Source: Candidatus Omnitrophota bacterium | GTDB lineage: Bacteria; Omnitrophota; Omnitrophia; Omnitrophales; Aquincolibacteriaceae | Reading direction: 5' to 3' | DNA: 62,236 bases | Assembly (NCBI GenBank): GCA_043808175.1 | Contig: JAZDFE010000010.1 | Coordinates: forward strand, 1 to 62,236 | Shown here: positions 37,953 to 48,290 of the stretch, in pieces | How positions within the stretch are numbered: position 1 is the stretch's first letter | Layout: every line of letters begins with the position of its first letter | Made by a program: the position numbers and the translations under genes | Notes under the pieces: generated by a model | What the model was told of the DNA's origin: nothing | What the model saw: the letters and a program-made list of their open reading frames with translations, nothing else | Database searches by the model: none

Positions 37953-39146
37953 TTAAAATTGGGAGTGATGCGGATGGCTTTTCTTGATACGGTCAAGGGC
38001 TTCCATGATCCGCGATTCGGCGACGGTCAAGGAGATCCGGAAATATCCTTCTCCGTTGGGTCCAAAGCCGTTCCCCGGCGTCACAACAATATTCAGCTCT
38101 TCCAGAAATTTCAAGGCCAGCTCCGCGGAAGTATAACCTGCCGGCACCGGGATCCAGACGTAAAAAGTGGCCTTCGGTGCTTCGATCTTCCAGCCAAGGT
38201 CCCGGAATCCTTGCACTAAAAGGTCGCGGCGCTCCTGGTAGATCTTGAGATTCTTCTCCAGTTCCTTCTGCCCGTCCTGGAGCGCTTTGATGCCCGCGAT
38301 CTGGATCGCCTGAAAAATACCGGAATCCAGGTTCGACTTCACCTTCGCAAGAAGCGCGAGCACTTGTGCATTCCCGACCGCAAAGCCCACACGCCAACCG
38401 GTCATGCTATAAGTTTTTGAGAGCGAGAAAAGTTCCACTGCGATCTCTTTGGCGCCATGGACCTCAAGAATACTTGGCGACTTGAGCCCTTCGTAGCACA
38501 TCTCGGAATAGGCTGCGTCATGGGCAATTAAAATCCCGTGCTTGTATGCGAACGCCACGGCCTTTTCAAAAAAATCCTTGCCCGCCACCTGCGAGGTCGG
38601 ATTATTCGGATAGTTGAGGAACATGAGCCGGGTGTTCTTCAGAACATTTTCCGGGATCGCATCAAAATCCGGAAGATAATTGTTTTTTTCCAGGAGCGGC
38701 ATCGTGTAGGGAATGCCTTCGGCAAAAAGCGTCCCCGAACGGTATACCGGATACCCGGGATCTGGGATCAAACAAACTTTTCCGGGGTTCAAGACCGCGA
38801 GCGGCAAATGCCCGATACCTTCTTTAGAACCGATAAGCGGAAGGATCTCTTTATCCGGATCAAGCTTCACACCGAAGCGGTGCTGGAACCAATCACGGAT
38901 CGCATGGCGGAATTCCGGCATCCCCTGGTCGAGAGCATAACGATGGTTGCGGGGATTCTTCGCCGCAGTGCTCAGGGCCTCAATGATGAAATCTGCCGTT
39001 GGAATGTCCGGATCCCCGACCCCGAGGTCGATCACATCTTTTCCTTTAGTGATGAGCTCGCGCTTTTTTTTGTCGATCTCCGCAAAAAGGTAAGGCGGCA
39101 ATTTCTGCAATCGTCCCGTCGGTTCGATCGTAAGCGGTTTAAACAT
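37953..39146 (-). CDS. Class I/II PLP aminotransferase, LL-diaminopimelate aminotransferase-like
   Basis: 397 aa. Contains LPPYLFAEIDKKKRELITKGKDVIDLGVGDPDIPT, NYPNNPT, and SLSKTYSMTGWRVG with the PLP lysine. Confidence 0.75.
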   Translation of the reverse strand: MFKPLTIEPTGRLQKLPPYLFAEIDKKKRELITKGKDVIDLGVGDPDIPTADFIIEALSTAAKNPRNHRYALDQGMPEFRHAIRDWFQHRFGVKLDPDKEILPLIGSKEGIGHLPLAVLNPGKVCLIPDPGYPVYRSGTLFAEGIPYTMPLLEKNNYLPDFDAIPENVLKNTRLMFLNYPNNPTSQVAGKDFFEKAVAFAYKHGILIAHDAAYSEMCYEGLKSPSILEVHGAKEIAVELFSLSKTYSMTGWRVGFAVGNAQVLALLAKVKSNLDSGIFQAIQIAGIKALQDGQKELEKNLKIYQERRDLLVQGFRDLGWKIEAPKATFYVWIPVPAGYTSAELALKFLEELNIVVTPGNGFGPNGEGYFRISLTVAESRIMEALDRIKKSHPHHSQF

Positions 39147-39250
39147 AGGATCCTTTCTTGGAGAATTTGAAGAATGCCCGTACTACCAGGCAGGAATTAT
39201 ACCAGACTTCAAGAAGCTTGGAAACAGGACGCAAACACGGAGGAACACTT

Positions 39251-39652
39251 CTATTCTTTACTGTAAGGAGCGTAGGACTTGGGAGGGTTCTTGACTCTTT
39301 CCGGATCCGGGATTGGCAATCCGTAACCCATATCCGGAAAATCCACGGGAATAAAAAAGGTAGCCAGCTGAATCAGCCCTCCGGCCGTGTAGACCACTCC
39401 TTCACCGATCCCTGCCGAATAACCCATCCACTGCGCCTGGTATTTTGGATTCTTGGCTTCGGCCCAAGGCGTCATCCAGCCCAAGAGAGAATTCTTGATG
39501 CCAAAACAAAATTTCCCCCACGTCTTCCCTCCGTAGTTTTGCTTGGACGTCCAGGGAGATGCCGCGTGCGCAGGCATTAGACCTGATAGAAAAAGAACAG
39601 CAAATATGACGAACACCCAAAGGGATCTCTTATCTTTTATATTCATAAGCAA
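39251..39652 (-). CDS. Small secreted protein, paralog 2 (resembles the exosortase-associated TIGR04073 family)
   Basis: 133 aa. A signal peptide is followed by GKFCFGIKNSLLGWMTPWAE...GIGEGVVYTAGGLIQLATFFIPVDFP. It shares its layout with the adjacent ORF. Confidence 0.55.
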   Translation of the reverse strand: MLMNIKDKRSLWVFVIFAVLFLSGLMPAHAASPWTSKQNYGGKTWGKFCFGIKNSLLGWMTPWAEAKNPKYQAQWMGYSAGIGEGVVYTAGGLIQLATFFIPVDFPDMGYGLPIPDPERVKNPPKSYAPYSKE

Positions 39653-40001
39653 TCCCGCCTTGAGGCAATGGGATATCTAGTGGAATGGGGAACGTCGCCG
39701 CATGAAGGATACCGCCTGCTGTGTTCGTAAAGGTATAACCGATCCCCTTGGCAACACCCACGAAGAAATTCTGATCTTTGACGGGTTCGAAAAAGAGGGC
39801 CGTCCAACCGGCTGTGATATTGAGGAACCCGAATCCCAACTTCTGGGATATCTTCCCGAGATAAGTAGACTCGTGGGTCCAATCGCTGGACTCCACCGGC
39901 CCGGCATAAGCCGAACCGGCCACAGCGCAAAACAGAATGAGGGTCACAAGCAGCCGTACCCAACCCCGTAGAAAAAAAAGCATGCGTGGTTTCATAAACA
40001 A
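39630..40001 (-). CDS. Small secreted protein, paralog 1 (resembles the exosortase-associated TIGR04073 family)
   Basis: 123 aa. A signal peptide is followed by KLGFGFLNITAGWTALFFEP...GIGYTFTNTAGGILHAATFPIPLDIP. Confidence 0.55.
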   Translation of the reverse strand: MFMKPRMLFFLRGWVRLLVTLILFCAVAGSAYAGPVESSDWTHESTYLGKISQKLGFGFLNITAGWTALFFEPVKDQNFFVGVAKGIGYTFTNTAGGILHAATFPIPLDIPLPQGGIAYEYKR

Positions 40002-40153
40002 AAAAATACTACTGTTTTAGAACGCATAAGTCAAGAAAACGAACAAGCTTTGGTGGAAAATCCCGAGGGGGAAAACAGGGTCGCCAGAGCTAACGGCCTA
40101 CGAATCGGCTGTTAAGCCCTAAAATCCATGGATTTGTCTTTTTTTCAGGTTGA

Positions 40154-40951
40154 TTAGTTAAGTTTAGTAACGTCGAAGTTGAATTGGGGGTCTAACTGAC
40201 TCAGCTCCTGTACTAATTGGAGGATCAAATTTTTAAGTTCCGGGGACTTTGCCGAAAGCCATCTTTGATAGGTTTCGAGGAACTGCTCCATCTTGATGTC
40301 CCGCAAATGGTCTTTTTCATAACCGCTCAGCTTTATGAGAAAATGTTGGAAGGCCTGTTCCCGGAAACACTCAATGAATTTAAAATAATCTTCTTTGACG
40401 TCGGTAAGGATATGTCTGTAAATGTCGAACTGACCCGCGATCTTGCCAAGCACTTCTCCGACTCCGGTTTTTTTGTCATAAACTCCGGCATGAAAGCGCG
40501 CGGCCTGGTTGTAATACAGGATCGCGGACAAACGTTCTTTGCTTTTTTCATCCGAGGCGTCTTTTTTAAGCGGAAACCGCTTGGCCAATTGGGGATCCGG
40601 ATTAAAGATCGTGGATTGGACAAGCAAATGGTCCGCATTGACCTTGAAAATAAAATACCGGAGCATCGGATCGTCGGTCTCTCGGACCCATTCAAAAACC
40701 TCGTGAGCGTTGCTCGAGAGAAAGGGATCCGCCATGTCGTGGTATTCCGGAAGCGAGACGGCGAAAAGCAGATGGGCAAGATAGATATTCACATCCTCGT
40801 CGAAAGAAAGCGTCCGCGTCAGGCGATGCGCTTGGTCTTTGGCTTTCAAGATAGATTCCAAAAGGAAATAGATAGCCGACTCGCGGTCCTCGCTTGAGAG
40901 ACTGAAATACAGATAGGGCGCTTTCGGTTCCTGCTCTTTCTGCTCGCTCAT
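40154..40951 (-). CDS. Hypothetical cytoplasmic protein
   Basis: Track ORF runs to 41065. The ATG at 40951 (MSEQKEQEPK) is preceded by GGAGGA. 266 aa. No family recognised. The upstream region is AT-rich. Confidence 0.6.
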   Translation of the reverse strand: MSEQKEQEPKAPYLYFSLSSEDRESAIYFLLESILKAKDQAHRLTRTLSFDEDVNIYLAHLLFAVSLPEYHDMADPFLSSNAHEVFEWVRETDDPMLRYFIFKVNADHLLVQSTIFNPDPQLAKRFPLKKDASDEKSKERLSAILYYNQAARFHAGVYDKKTGVGEVLGKIAGQFDIYRHILTDVKEDYFKFIECFREQAFQHFLIKLSGYEKDHLRDIKMEQFLETYQRWLSAKSPELKNLILQLVQELSQLDPQFNFDVTKLN

Positions 40952-41181
40952 TGCGTTTCCTCCTTTTTTACATATATAACAATATATAGCAATTATATCT
41001 TTTACATACTTATTGTCTACAATTAGAAACATAGCATGGCAATATAAAAAAGTCAAATCCACCAAATAAATATATTATCAACGTAATATATTGAAAACAA
41101 AGGGGTTGCAACTTCTCAAGAAAATTTACAAATGAGTTGAACTTTACCTAGTGCTAAAGGGGACGTTGTGAAAAGGATGGA

Positions 41182-41943
41182 TCAGATAGACTTCAGAACG
41201 GCGCGAACGGAATCGAGGAACTTGCGGGTTTTGAGGACTTTCCCGAGACGGTAATTGAGGAAGGTGGTAATGATAGTCTTGATCTGGTTTTCAATCACGG
41301 AGCTGTGGGACACGCGAAGGCAATCCTCCAGCGCGTCCTTGCTGTATGAACGCAGAACCGCAAGCGCACCGGAACTCACGGCCAGCGCGGCTGTATCCTT
41401 TGAGCGGCAACGCTCGCAGAAAAGCGCTCCATGACGGATAGAAAAAAAGCCCTTCTCAAGGGGTTTCGCACCGCACGCCAAACAGCTCTCAAGAAAAGGG
41501 AGCCAGCCCATTTCCCTGAGAAGCTGGGTGACAAAGACTGTTTCAAGACGCGGAGGCGGAATGACAGGCAGAAAACGAAAACTTTCCTTCAGCAGGTCAA
41601 AGATCTTCGGATGCGGATCCTGGACCTCGGTGAGCTCATCCACCAGTTCACAAAAATAACTAGCATACGCAATTCCACTCAACTGGTCACGAAGCGCGTG
41701 ATGACTTTCAAGGATCGAAGCATCCGAGATTAGATGAAGATCCGAACGTCTTTTTTCATAGAAGACATACTCCGCATGGGTGAATAGCTCGAACCCCGCC
41801 TGGCGGATCTCCCCTTCCCGGTGGACGCCCTTGACCACCCCGCGCACTTTTCCAAGCTGTGGCGTAAAAAACGTCACGATGAGGGAACTGGAGCGGAACG
41901 GCATGGCCTTCAGGACAAGGGCTTCGGTCTTGTGGATGCTCAT
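41182..41943 (-). CDS. recO: DNA repair protein RecO
   Basis: 253 aa. The N-terminus is OB-fold-like (TEALVLKAMPFRSSSLIVTFFT), with a CLACG...CERC zinc motif. Confidence 0.85.
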   Translation of the reverse strand: MSIHKTEALVLKAMPFRSSSLIVTFFTPQLGKVRGVVKGVHREGEIRQAGFELFTHAEYVFYEKRRSDLHLISDASILESHHALRDQLSGIAYASYFCELVDELTEVQDPHPKIFDLLKESFRFLPVIPPPRLETVFVTQLLREMGWLPFLESCLACGAKPLEKGFFSIRHGALFCERCRSKDTAALAVSSGALAVLRSYSKDALEDCLRVSHSSVIENQIKTIITTFLNYRLGKVLKTRKFLDSVRAVLKSI

Positions 41944-41947
41944 AAAA

Positions 41948-42430
41948 CTAGGTTTTTTTCTTTTTTACGCACGCGAGAATCTGGCTCTGCTTGCGATGCA
42001 TTTTCTTGAACGCAACGCGGCCCTTGTCCCTATAGCCCATAAGGTGCAGGATCCCGTGACAGAGACAGTAGTGAAGTTCCTCCTCAAAAACATGTTCGTA
42101 TTCCTTGGCCTGCGCACGGATCGTGGGAAGACAAAGCGCGATATCCCCAAGAAAATCGATATCTTTACGGCGAAAGACTTTCGCGGGAAGCATTTCTTTC
42201 AGATGCCCGGAAGATTTCTTCTGGCCGAACGCGAGAACATCCGTTGACCATGCGTGGCGAAGATAACGGCGATTGAGTTTACGCATCTCGGGACCGTCGA
42301 TGAGCACCACGCTCAGCACCGCGTTCTTAAGACCCAAGTCTTTCAAGATGTCCGTGGCGATCTTCTTGAGCGTGACTTCTGAGACCTTGATCCGGGGGCA
42401 ATCTTGTTTCAGGTAAATTTCATACGTCAT
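41948..42430 (-). CDS. ybeY: rRNA maturation endoribonuclease YbeY
   Basis: 160 aa. Contains the HCLCHGILHLMGY metal-binding motif. Confidence 0.9.
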   Translation of the reverse strand: MTYEIYLKQDCPRIKVSEVTLKKIATDILKDLGLKNAVLSVVLIDGPEMRKLNRRYLRHAWSTDVLAFGQKKSSGHLKEMLPAKVFRRKDIDFLGDIALCLPTIRAQAKEYEHVFEEELHYCLCHGILHLMGYRDKGRVAFKKMHRKQSQILACVKKKKT

Positions 42431-42529
42431 GACAGGACCTTAACGAACGCCCTTAAGGCGCCGACACTCACTGACGATCTGCGCCTTAATCAGCATCCTT
42501 AAAATGCGCGGTTCTACAAAATTTCAGCC

Positions 42530-43492
42530 CTAGGATTCTTCCTGGACTTTTTTGCGTTCGTGCTTTTCATACGCCTTGATGATCTCCTGCACGAGAGGGT
42601 GGCGCACCACATCCGTTTCGTTCAAATAGATGAACTGGATATCGGGAATTTCAACGAGGATATTACGGATCTCGACAAGCCCGGATTTCTTCGCGGACGG
42701 TAGGTCGATCTGAGTGATATCCCCCGTGATCACGACCTTGGAGGTCTGTCCCAAACGCGTAAGGAACATCTTCATCTGGCTGTGCGTGCAGTTCTGCGCT
42801 TCATCGAGGATGACATAGGAATCATTCAGTGTCCGCCCGCGCATGTAGGCGATCGGGGCGATCTCGATCGCTCCTCGCTCGGTGTACCGGGCCACTTCAT
42901 CGAATTCGAGCATGTCATAAAGCGCATCATAAAGCGGCCTGAGATAGGGATTCACTTTCGCCGCCAAATCCCCTGGCAAAAACCCAAGATTTTCTCCGGC
43001 CTCGACTGCGGGACGCGTTAGGATGATACGAGCCACATATTTTTTCTTAAGCGCTTCAATGGCCGCGGCCATGGCCAGATAGGTTTTTCCAGTGCCTGCC
43101 GGACCGATGGAGATCACAATATCGTGTGTCTGCATGGCTTTGAGATATGCAAGCTGGTTCTCACTCCGGGCCTGGATCACTTTTCCGCGATGGAAAAAAT
43201 GTATCCCTCCGCCTTGCGGAGGCGTCACGCGCGCCTCGCTCTTGGGGCTAGCTTCCACGCTCGCCTTTTCCGGCAAGCGGCTCCCTTTGCGGATCATCTC
43301 GAGCATCCGAACAAAAAAACGAGAAGCTTCTTCCACGTTCTTTTTGTCCCCCATGATCTTCATCCGGTCGTTGCGCGCCACGATCTTGACGCGATGATCC
43401 TTCTCCGCCCGCCGGATATTCTGATCCAGATTGCCGTAGAGAGCTTTCGCTTCTTCGTTCGAATGTAGCTTGATCAGTTTTTGCAAGGCCAT
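42530..43492 (-). CDS. phoH: PhoH-family ATPase
   Basis: 320 aa. Contains [32 protein letters not shown] and ILDEAQN. Confidence 0.92.
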   Translation of the reverse strand: MALQKLIKLHSNEEAKALYGNLDQNIRRAEKDHRVKIVARNDRMKIMGDKKNVEEASRFFVRMLEMIRKGSRLPEKASVEASPKSEARVTPPQGGGIHFFHRGKVIQARSENQLAYLKAMQTHDIVISIGPAGTGKTYLAMAAAIEALKKKYVARIILTRPAVEAGENLGFLPGDLAAKVNPYLRPLYDALYDMLEFDEVARYTERGAIEIAPIAYMRGRTLNDSYVILDEAQNCTHSQMKMFLTRLGQTSKVVITGDITQIDLPSAKKSGLVEIRNILVEIPDIQFIYLNETDVVRHPLVQEIIKAYEKHERKKVQEES

Positions 43493-43499
43493 CCCCTTT

Positions 43500-45290
43500 T
43501 TAGGCTTTAGGACGCTCGATCCACATTCGCTTTGCGTCGAGATTCAGTTCTTTGAGCTGCCGCTCGGTTGCGGGCGACGGCGCATCGGTCATAAGACAAG
43601 TGCCCTTTTGTGTCTTCGGGAACGCGATCACCTCACGAATGGATTCCCGGGCCAGAAGCAGCGTGATCAGTCGATCCACGCCGATCGCCAGGCCCCCGTG
43701 CGGCGGCGCGCCGAACGTAAGTGCCTTGAGAAGAAAACCGAATTGGGCCTCGGCTTGTTCTGGAGTAAAATTGAGAAGCTGAAAGATCTTGGACTGTACG
43801 GCCCGGTCGTGGATACGGATACTGCCCCCGCCTGTCTCCGTGCCGTTGATGATCAGGTCATAAGCCCGCGCGCGCACCTTCAAAGGATCTTTATCGAGCA
43901 TCGGAACATCCTCGGGCTTGGGTGACGTGAACGGGTGATGGCAGGCATCACACCGTTTTTCTTCCGCATTCCAATCAAAAAGCGGGAAATCAACGACCCA
44001 AAGAAGTTCGAACTTCCCTTCCGGGATCATTTTATATTTGTCCGCGAGAAAACACCGAAGCGCGCCGAGCGCTACCACCGCGGTTTTAAACCTGTCCGCC
44101 ACGATAAAAATAATATCGCCCGCCCTCGCACCTGAGGTTTGAACCGCTTTTCCGATCCGTGCCGCATCAAAGAACTTCTGGATCGGCGATTCGACCGTAT
44201 CCGGCCCCGTCACCTTGAGCCAAGCAAGTCCCTTCACTCCAAAATCCTGCTGAAGCCATTTTGTCAGATCATCGAAATCCTTGCGGGAGAATTCCACACC
44301 CGCGGGTGGTGTGAACGCAAGCCCGCGAATCTCACCGCCACTGGCGATCGTCTCATCAAAAATTTTAAATCCGCTCTTTTCGAAGACCGGCGTGAGATCC
44401 CGGATCTCCATCCCGTAGCGGAGGTCCGGCTTGTCGCACCCGTATTTATCCATCGCTTCTTTATAGCTCATACGCCGAAGCGGTAACGGGATGTCGATCT
44501 TCTTGGCGTGCTTGAATACATACGCGATCATCCCCTCCACCACGCCCATGATGTCTTCCTCGCCGATGAACGACATTTCAAGATCGATCTGGGTGTGCTC
44601 GGGCTGACGGTCTTTGCGAAGATCTTCATCGCGGAAACAGCGGGCAATCTGGTAATAACGGTCATAGCCCGCGATCATGAGGATCTGTTTGAAAAGTTGA
44701 GGCGACTGCGGAAGTGCGTAAAAAGTCCCGTGATTCAGACGAGACGGCACCAAAAAGTCACGCGCGCCTTCCGGCGTGCTTTTCGTCAGATACGGCGTCT
44801 CGACTTCGATAAAACCTTGTTTGTCCAGGTATTCGTGCACGAGTTTGAGCACGCGATGACGAAAGGTCAGATTTTTCACCATTTCGCGCCGCCGGAGATC
44901 GAGAAACCTGTATTGGAGACGAAGCTCCTCACCCACACTTTTTTCTTCTAATTCGAACGGTAGCGGCAGGCATGTGTTCAGGATCTCAAGCTCTTCAGCC
45001 TGGAGTTCGATCTCCCCGGTCGGGATCCTGGAATTGACGGTGCCGGCCGGACGAGCGGCTACTTTCCCCTTCACCCGGATCACGAATTCCGAGCGGAGCG
45101 ACTCCGCTTTTTTATGCATCTCAGGATTAGTCTGCGGATTAAGAACGATCTGCGTGATGCCCCAGCGGTCGCGCAGGTCCACAAAGATCAAGTTCCCATG
45201 ATCGCGGCGTGTATCCACCCATCCGGTCAAGGTCTCCTGTTTTCCGACAAAACTTTTGTTCAATTCCCCACACGTCACAGTTCTCAGCAT
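43500..45290 (-). CDS. aspS: Aspartate--tRNA ligase
   Basis: 596 aa. Contains [41 protein letters not shown] and GGLAIGVDR. Confidence 0.95.
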   Translation of the reverse strand: MLRTVTCGELNKSFVGKQETLTGWVDTRRDHGNLIFVDLRDRWGITQIVLNPQTNPEMHKKAESLRSEFVIRVKGKVAARPAGTVNSRIPTGEIELQAEELEILNTCLPLPFELEEKSVGEELRLQYRFLDLRRREMVKNLTFRHRVLKLVHEYLDKQGFIEVETPYLTKSTPEGARDFLVPSRLNHGTFYALPQSPQLFKQILMIAGYDRYYQIARCFRDEDLRKDRQPEHTQIDLEMSFIGEEDIMGVVEGMIAYVFKHAKKIDIPLPLRRMSYKEAMDKYGCDKPDLRYGMEIRDLTPVFEKSGFKIFDETIASGGEIRGLAFTPPAGVEFSRKDFDDLTKWLQQDFGVKGLAWLKVTGPDTVESPIQKFFDAARIGKAVQTSGARAGDIIFIVADRFKTAVVALGALRCFLADKYKMIPEGKFELLWVVDFPLFDWNAEEKRCDACHHPFTSPKPEDVPMLDKDPLKVRARAYDLIINGTETGGGSIRIHDRAVQSKIFQLLNFTPEQAEAQFGFLLKALTFGAPPHGGLAIGVDRLITLLLARESIREVIAFPKTQKGTCLMTDAPSPATERQLKELNLDAKRMWIERPKA

Positions 45291-46582
45291 AAATTCATCA
45301 TCTTTTTTAAATGTACCACGACCTGTTCGATATCCACTTCCTCCTGCTCCCTCTTTTCAAGGTCCTTCACTATTATTTTTTTCTTTTGGAGTTCCTCCGG
45401 ACCGACGATCACCATAAAACGAAGCCCCAGCTGATTTGCCTTCTTCAGATGTTGACTTAGTGAAAAGACATCCGAAGAAGTCTCGATTTGGAACCCTTCT
45501 TCGCGAAGCTCAAGCGCCGGTTTCTGAATAACACTCTGAATTTCCAAACTGTCCTCAAGCGGTGCAAAATAGATTCTTTTCGACTTAGAAACATCAAATG
45601 CCTTCGGATCCTGAGCCTCGATCGCGGTCAGAAGCCGCTCCATCCCGATACTGAACCCCGTGCAAGGCGTTACTTTGCCGCCAAGATCCTGATAAAGATG
45701 ATCATACCGACCTCCGCCCGCTACGGCATTTTGTGCGCCAAGACCTTCGGCCGTAATTTCGAAAACGATCCCATTGTAATAATCAAGCCCACGCACAAGA
45801 CGACGATCAACCTCAAAGGGAATGTGACGATCCATCACAGAACTGGATGTGATGCAATCGCCCAAAGTTTTAAGCTTGTCACTCTGAGGAGTAATTTCGT
45901 CCCAAGGAACTTTATTAATTACAGGTTGGCAGCTCTTACTTTTGCAATCGAAAATCCGAAGCACGTTCTTATCTAATCGATAATGACAATCTGGGCAAAG
46001 TTTTGATTTCTCTTGAGAAAAATACTCCCTCAGTTTGAGAACCAATTGTTGCTGATCACTAAAACTCCCCAAATCATTTAATCGAAGATTGAAATTTTTA
46101 AGCCCAACATAGAGAAGAAAAGAACAAAGTTGGAAGATAATTTCAAAGTCGACATTAAACCCACCAATATTTTCCTTGTTAATGATCTCAGCACCAATCT
46201 GATGGAATTGGCGCTTGCGGCCTGCTTGGGGACGCTCGGCACGAAACATGGGTCCCATGTAATAAAGTTTGAGGAATTTTGCTTGCGTGAGAAGTCCTTT
46301 TTCAATCACGGAGCGTGCCACAGAAGCCGTCATTTCAGGACGCATCGTCATGTTCCGTTCACCACGGTCCTTAAACGAGAACATCTCCTTATGGACGATA
46401 TCACTTGCCTGGCCGATGGATCGGACAAAAAGTTCGGTGGGTTCGAGAAGGGGTGTTCGTATTTCCTTGAATCCGTTCACTTCAAAAAAGGCTCGGGCTT
46501 TTTCTTCGATCCGTTGCCATCTTTTGATCTCACCGGGAAGAATGTCATCCATCCCGGGGAAACCCTGATATTTTGCTGTCAT
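45284..46582 (-). CDS. hisS: Histidine--tRNA ligase
   Basis: 432 aa. Contains MFRAERPQAGRKRQFHQIG and VAGGGRYD. It overlaps the aspS start by 7 nt. Confidence 0.93.
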   Translation of the reverse strand: MTAKYQGFPGMDDILPGEIKRWQRIEEKARAFFEVNGFKEIRTPLLEPTELFVRSIGQASDIVHKEMFSFKDRGERNMTMRPEMTASVARSVIEKGLLTQAKFLKLYYMGPMFRAERPQAGRKRQFHQIGAEIINKENIGGFNVDFEIIFQLCSFLLYVGLKNFNLRLNDLGSFSDQQQLVLKLREYFSQEKSKLCPDCHYRLDKNVLRIFDCKSKSCQPVINKVPWDEITPQSDKLKTLGDCITSSSVMDRHIPFEVDRRLVRGLDYYNGIVFEITAEGLGAQNAVAGGGRYDHLYQDLGGKVTPCTGFSIGMERLLTAIEAQDPKAFDVSKSKRIYFAPLEDSLEIQSVIQKPALELREEGFQIETSSDVFSLSQHLKKANQLGLRFMVIVGPEELQKKKIIVKDLEKREQEEVDIEQVVVHLKKMMNLC

Positions 46583-46663
46583 AAGTGATGGAGTGCCGCT
46601 GCCCTTTCCTTCTTAACCCGTTTCCAAGCCTTCACAGTCCTTGTGTCGGACTCTTGTCATACT

Positions 46664-46702
46664 ATAAAAGAAGAAGCGCATTTCCACAATATGGAAATGC
46701 GC
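46664..46702 (-). terminator. Rho-independent terminator downstream of rpsU
   Basis: On the minus strand, GCGCATTTCCATATTGTGGAAATGCGC (11-bp stem) is followed by TTCTTCTTTT. Confidence 0.6.
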
Positions 46703-46752
46703 AGTCTCCACCTAGTGCTATCAATGGAAAAACTTCTGCGGATGGGTCCCAA

Positions 46753-46932
46753 TTAGAAGCTGAATTTACGGGATTTGGACATGCGGGACTTACGACGCCT
46801 CTTTTCGCTGGGCTTTTCGTAGTTCTTCCGCGCCTTCAAGATCTTCAAAATCCCTTCGCGTTCCATCTTCTTTTTCAGGCGCTTTAAGGCCCGCTCAAGC
46901 GGCTCGTGATTTCCAACGTCTACTTTTAACAC
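46753..46932 (-). CDS. rpsU: 30S ribosomal protein S21 (59 aa, below the track cut-off)
   Basis: GTG start at 46932. Translation is MLKVDVGNHEPLERALKRLKKKMEREGILKILKARKNYEKPSEKRRRKSRMSKSRKFSF, then stop. A purine-rich AGAGAGGA lies upstream. The LERALKRLKKK...YEKPSEKRRRK pattern is classic for S21. Confidence 0.85.
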   Translation of the reverse strand: MLKVDVGNHEPLERALKRLKKKMEREGILKILKARKNYEKPSEKRRRKSRMSKSRKFSF

Positions 46933-46973
46933 TCGGTTTCATCCTCTCTCGTATGTGGATTAATGGAGGCGGT

Positions 46974-47002
46974 ATTATACGGAAAACCCGTCCTGAGGCA
47001 AA
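46974..47002 (-). promoter_or_regulatory. Putative rpsU promoter
   Basis: On the minus strand: TTGCCT, a 16-nt spacer, then TATAAT (reverse complement of 46974-46979). It lies about 40 nt upstream of the GTG. Confidence 0.35.
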
Positions 47003-47025
47003 GGAAATAACGCCCCTTGGGGCGT
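47000..47025 (-). terminator. Possible terminator downstream of mnmA
   Basis: On the minus strand, ACGCCCCAAGGGGCGT is followed by TATTTCCTTT. It sits about 150 nt past the mnmA stop. Confidence 0.35.
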
Positions 47026-47173
47026 AACATAAATTGTGTAATGAGCTAGGCATAGGCGAATAAAAAGGGCGTATCCTTCTGTTCACCACAACCAAAGGCC
47101 GCCGGCACAAGTCACACTGCAAATAACATCTCCTTTGCCACTCTACCGAAAAGCCGCACCCCCCCTCAAATTT

Positions 47174-48280
47174 TCAGGCCGTAACTTTGGAACCCGGGGG
47201 CATGATCTCCCCTCCACCCAGGCACACGGCTCTCCGATAGAGCACGGCGAATTGGCCGGGAGTCACCGCTCGCTGCGGTTTATCAAAAACAATCTTCGCC
47301 CGGTTCCCGGGAAGAGAATAAAACTTGCCGGGCGCTGCCGTCTGATGATATCGAATCTTCGCCTTGACACGCAGAGACCGTTTGGGCATGCCGCCGATAA
47401 AGTTACAGGGAGAAAGAAACACTTCCCGGCTCAAAAGTTTCCGTTTGTCACGGGTCACTCTGAGGACATTGTTAGCCACATCGGATCCCATTACAAAGAA
47501 AGGCCCGCCAGAGAACCCAAGCCCTTTGCGCTGGCCCACCGTATAAAAGTGAAGCCCTTGATGAGCGCCGATCACGTGTCCTGCATCATCCCGGACTTCG
47601 CCCTCGTTCCTTCCGATCTCCTTGGCGAGGAACGGTTCCATCGCACTCCCTGAAACAAAACAAAAGTCCTGGCTCTGTTTGCGCTTGAGGAAGATCTCAA
47701 AACCTTGTCTCACGGCCATGGGGTAGATCTCTTTTTTTGTATACCCCCCCAAAGGAAGTACGACATGACGAAGTTGATCCTGCGAAAGAAAACTCAGCGA
47801 ATAAGTCTGGTCTTTTTCCGCGTCTTTACTTATGAGGAGTTCGAACTTCCGGGTCTTCGGATTCTTCCGGACCCGCGCATAATGCCCGGTCGCCACATGC
47901 GCGATATGGTGGCGTGCCGCCCAGTCTAAAAGTTGTTTGAATTTGAGATACCGGTTGCACATCACGCAGGGGTTCGGGGTCTTGTAATCGCGCAAGCGGT
48001 CAAGAAAATAGTCGATGACCTCTTTTTTGAAATCATGCGACACATTGACAATGTGATAAGGAACGCTGAGTTTTTTGCAGACATCCTCTGCGATCCGAAA
48101 GGACTCCGTGCTGCAGCAGACATTCTCCCTCAGGCAATTCGCCTCGTCGTGCCAAACGGGATACTTGAGCGAAACGCCGACCGGATTCCACCCCTGTTCT
48201 TTCAGGAGCACGAGCGCCATGGAGGAATCCACGCCACCGGACATCCCGACCACAATGGGCCTTTGTTCTTTTCTTTTCAT
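47174..48280 (-). CDS. mnmA: tRNA-specific 2-thiouridylase
   Basis: Track ORF runs to 48469. The ATG at 48280 gives MKRKEQRPIVVGMSGGVDSSMALVLL, which carries the PP-loop SGGxDS. Also contains HIAHVATGHYAR and DQSYFL-like DQTYSLSFL. Confidence 0.9.
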   Translation of the reverse strand: MKRKEQRPIVVGMSGGVDSSMALVLLKEQGWNPVGVSLKYPVWHDEANCLRENVCCSTESFRIAEDVCKKLSVPYHIVNVSHDFKKEVIDYFLDRLRDYKTPNPCVMCNRYLKFKQLLDWAARHHIAHVATGHYARVRKNPKTRKFELLISKDAEKDQTYSLSFLSQDQLRHVVLPLGGYTKKEIYPMAVRQGFEIFLKRKQSQDFCFVSGSAMEPFLAKEIGRNEGEVRDDAGHVIGAHQGLHFYTVGQRKGLGFSGGPFFVMGSDVANNVLRVTRDKRKLLSREVFLSPCNFIGGMPKRSLRVKAKIRYHQTAAPGKFYSLPGNRAKIVFDKPQRAVTPGQFAVLYRRAVCLGGGEIMPPGSKVTA

Positions 48281-48290
48281 GGTGAAAAAT

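Noticed and set aside
46744-46775. GTCCCAATTAGAAGCTGAATTT at the 3' end of rpsU resembles the start of the hairpin-element core
   Set aside because: Only the first 9 nt and a GAAGCTGAA stretch match. The ATCAATTTC arm, the ATTGGGGC end and the second hairpin are all missing. The stretch also encodes the S21 C-terminus and stop, so it is probably coincidental or too degraded to call.
46895-47122. 75-aa minus ORF upstream of rpsU
   Set aside because: It spans the predicted rpsU promoter and a terminator hairpin, is out of frame with rpsU, and has no recognisable family.
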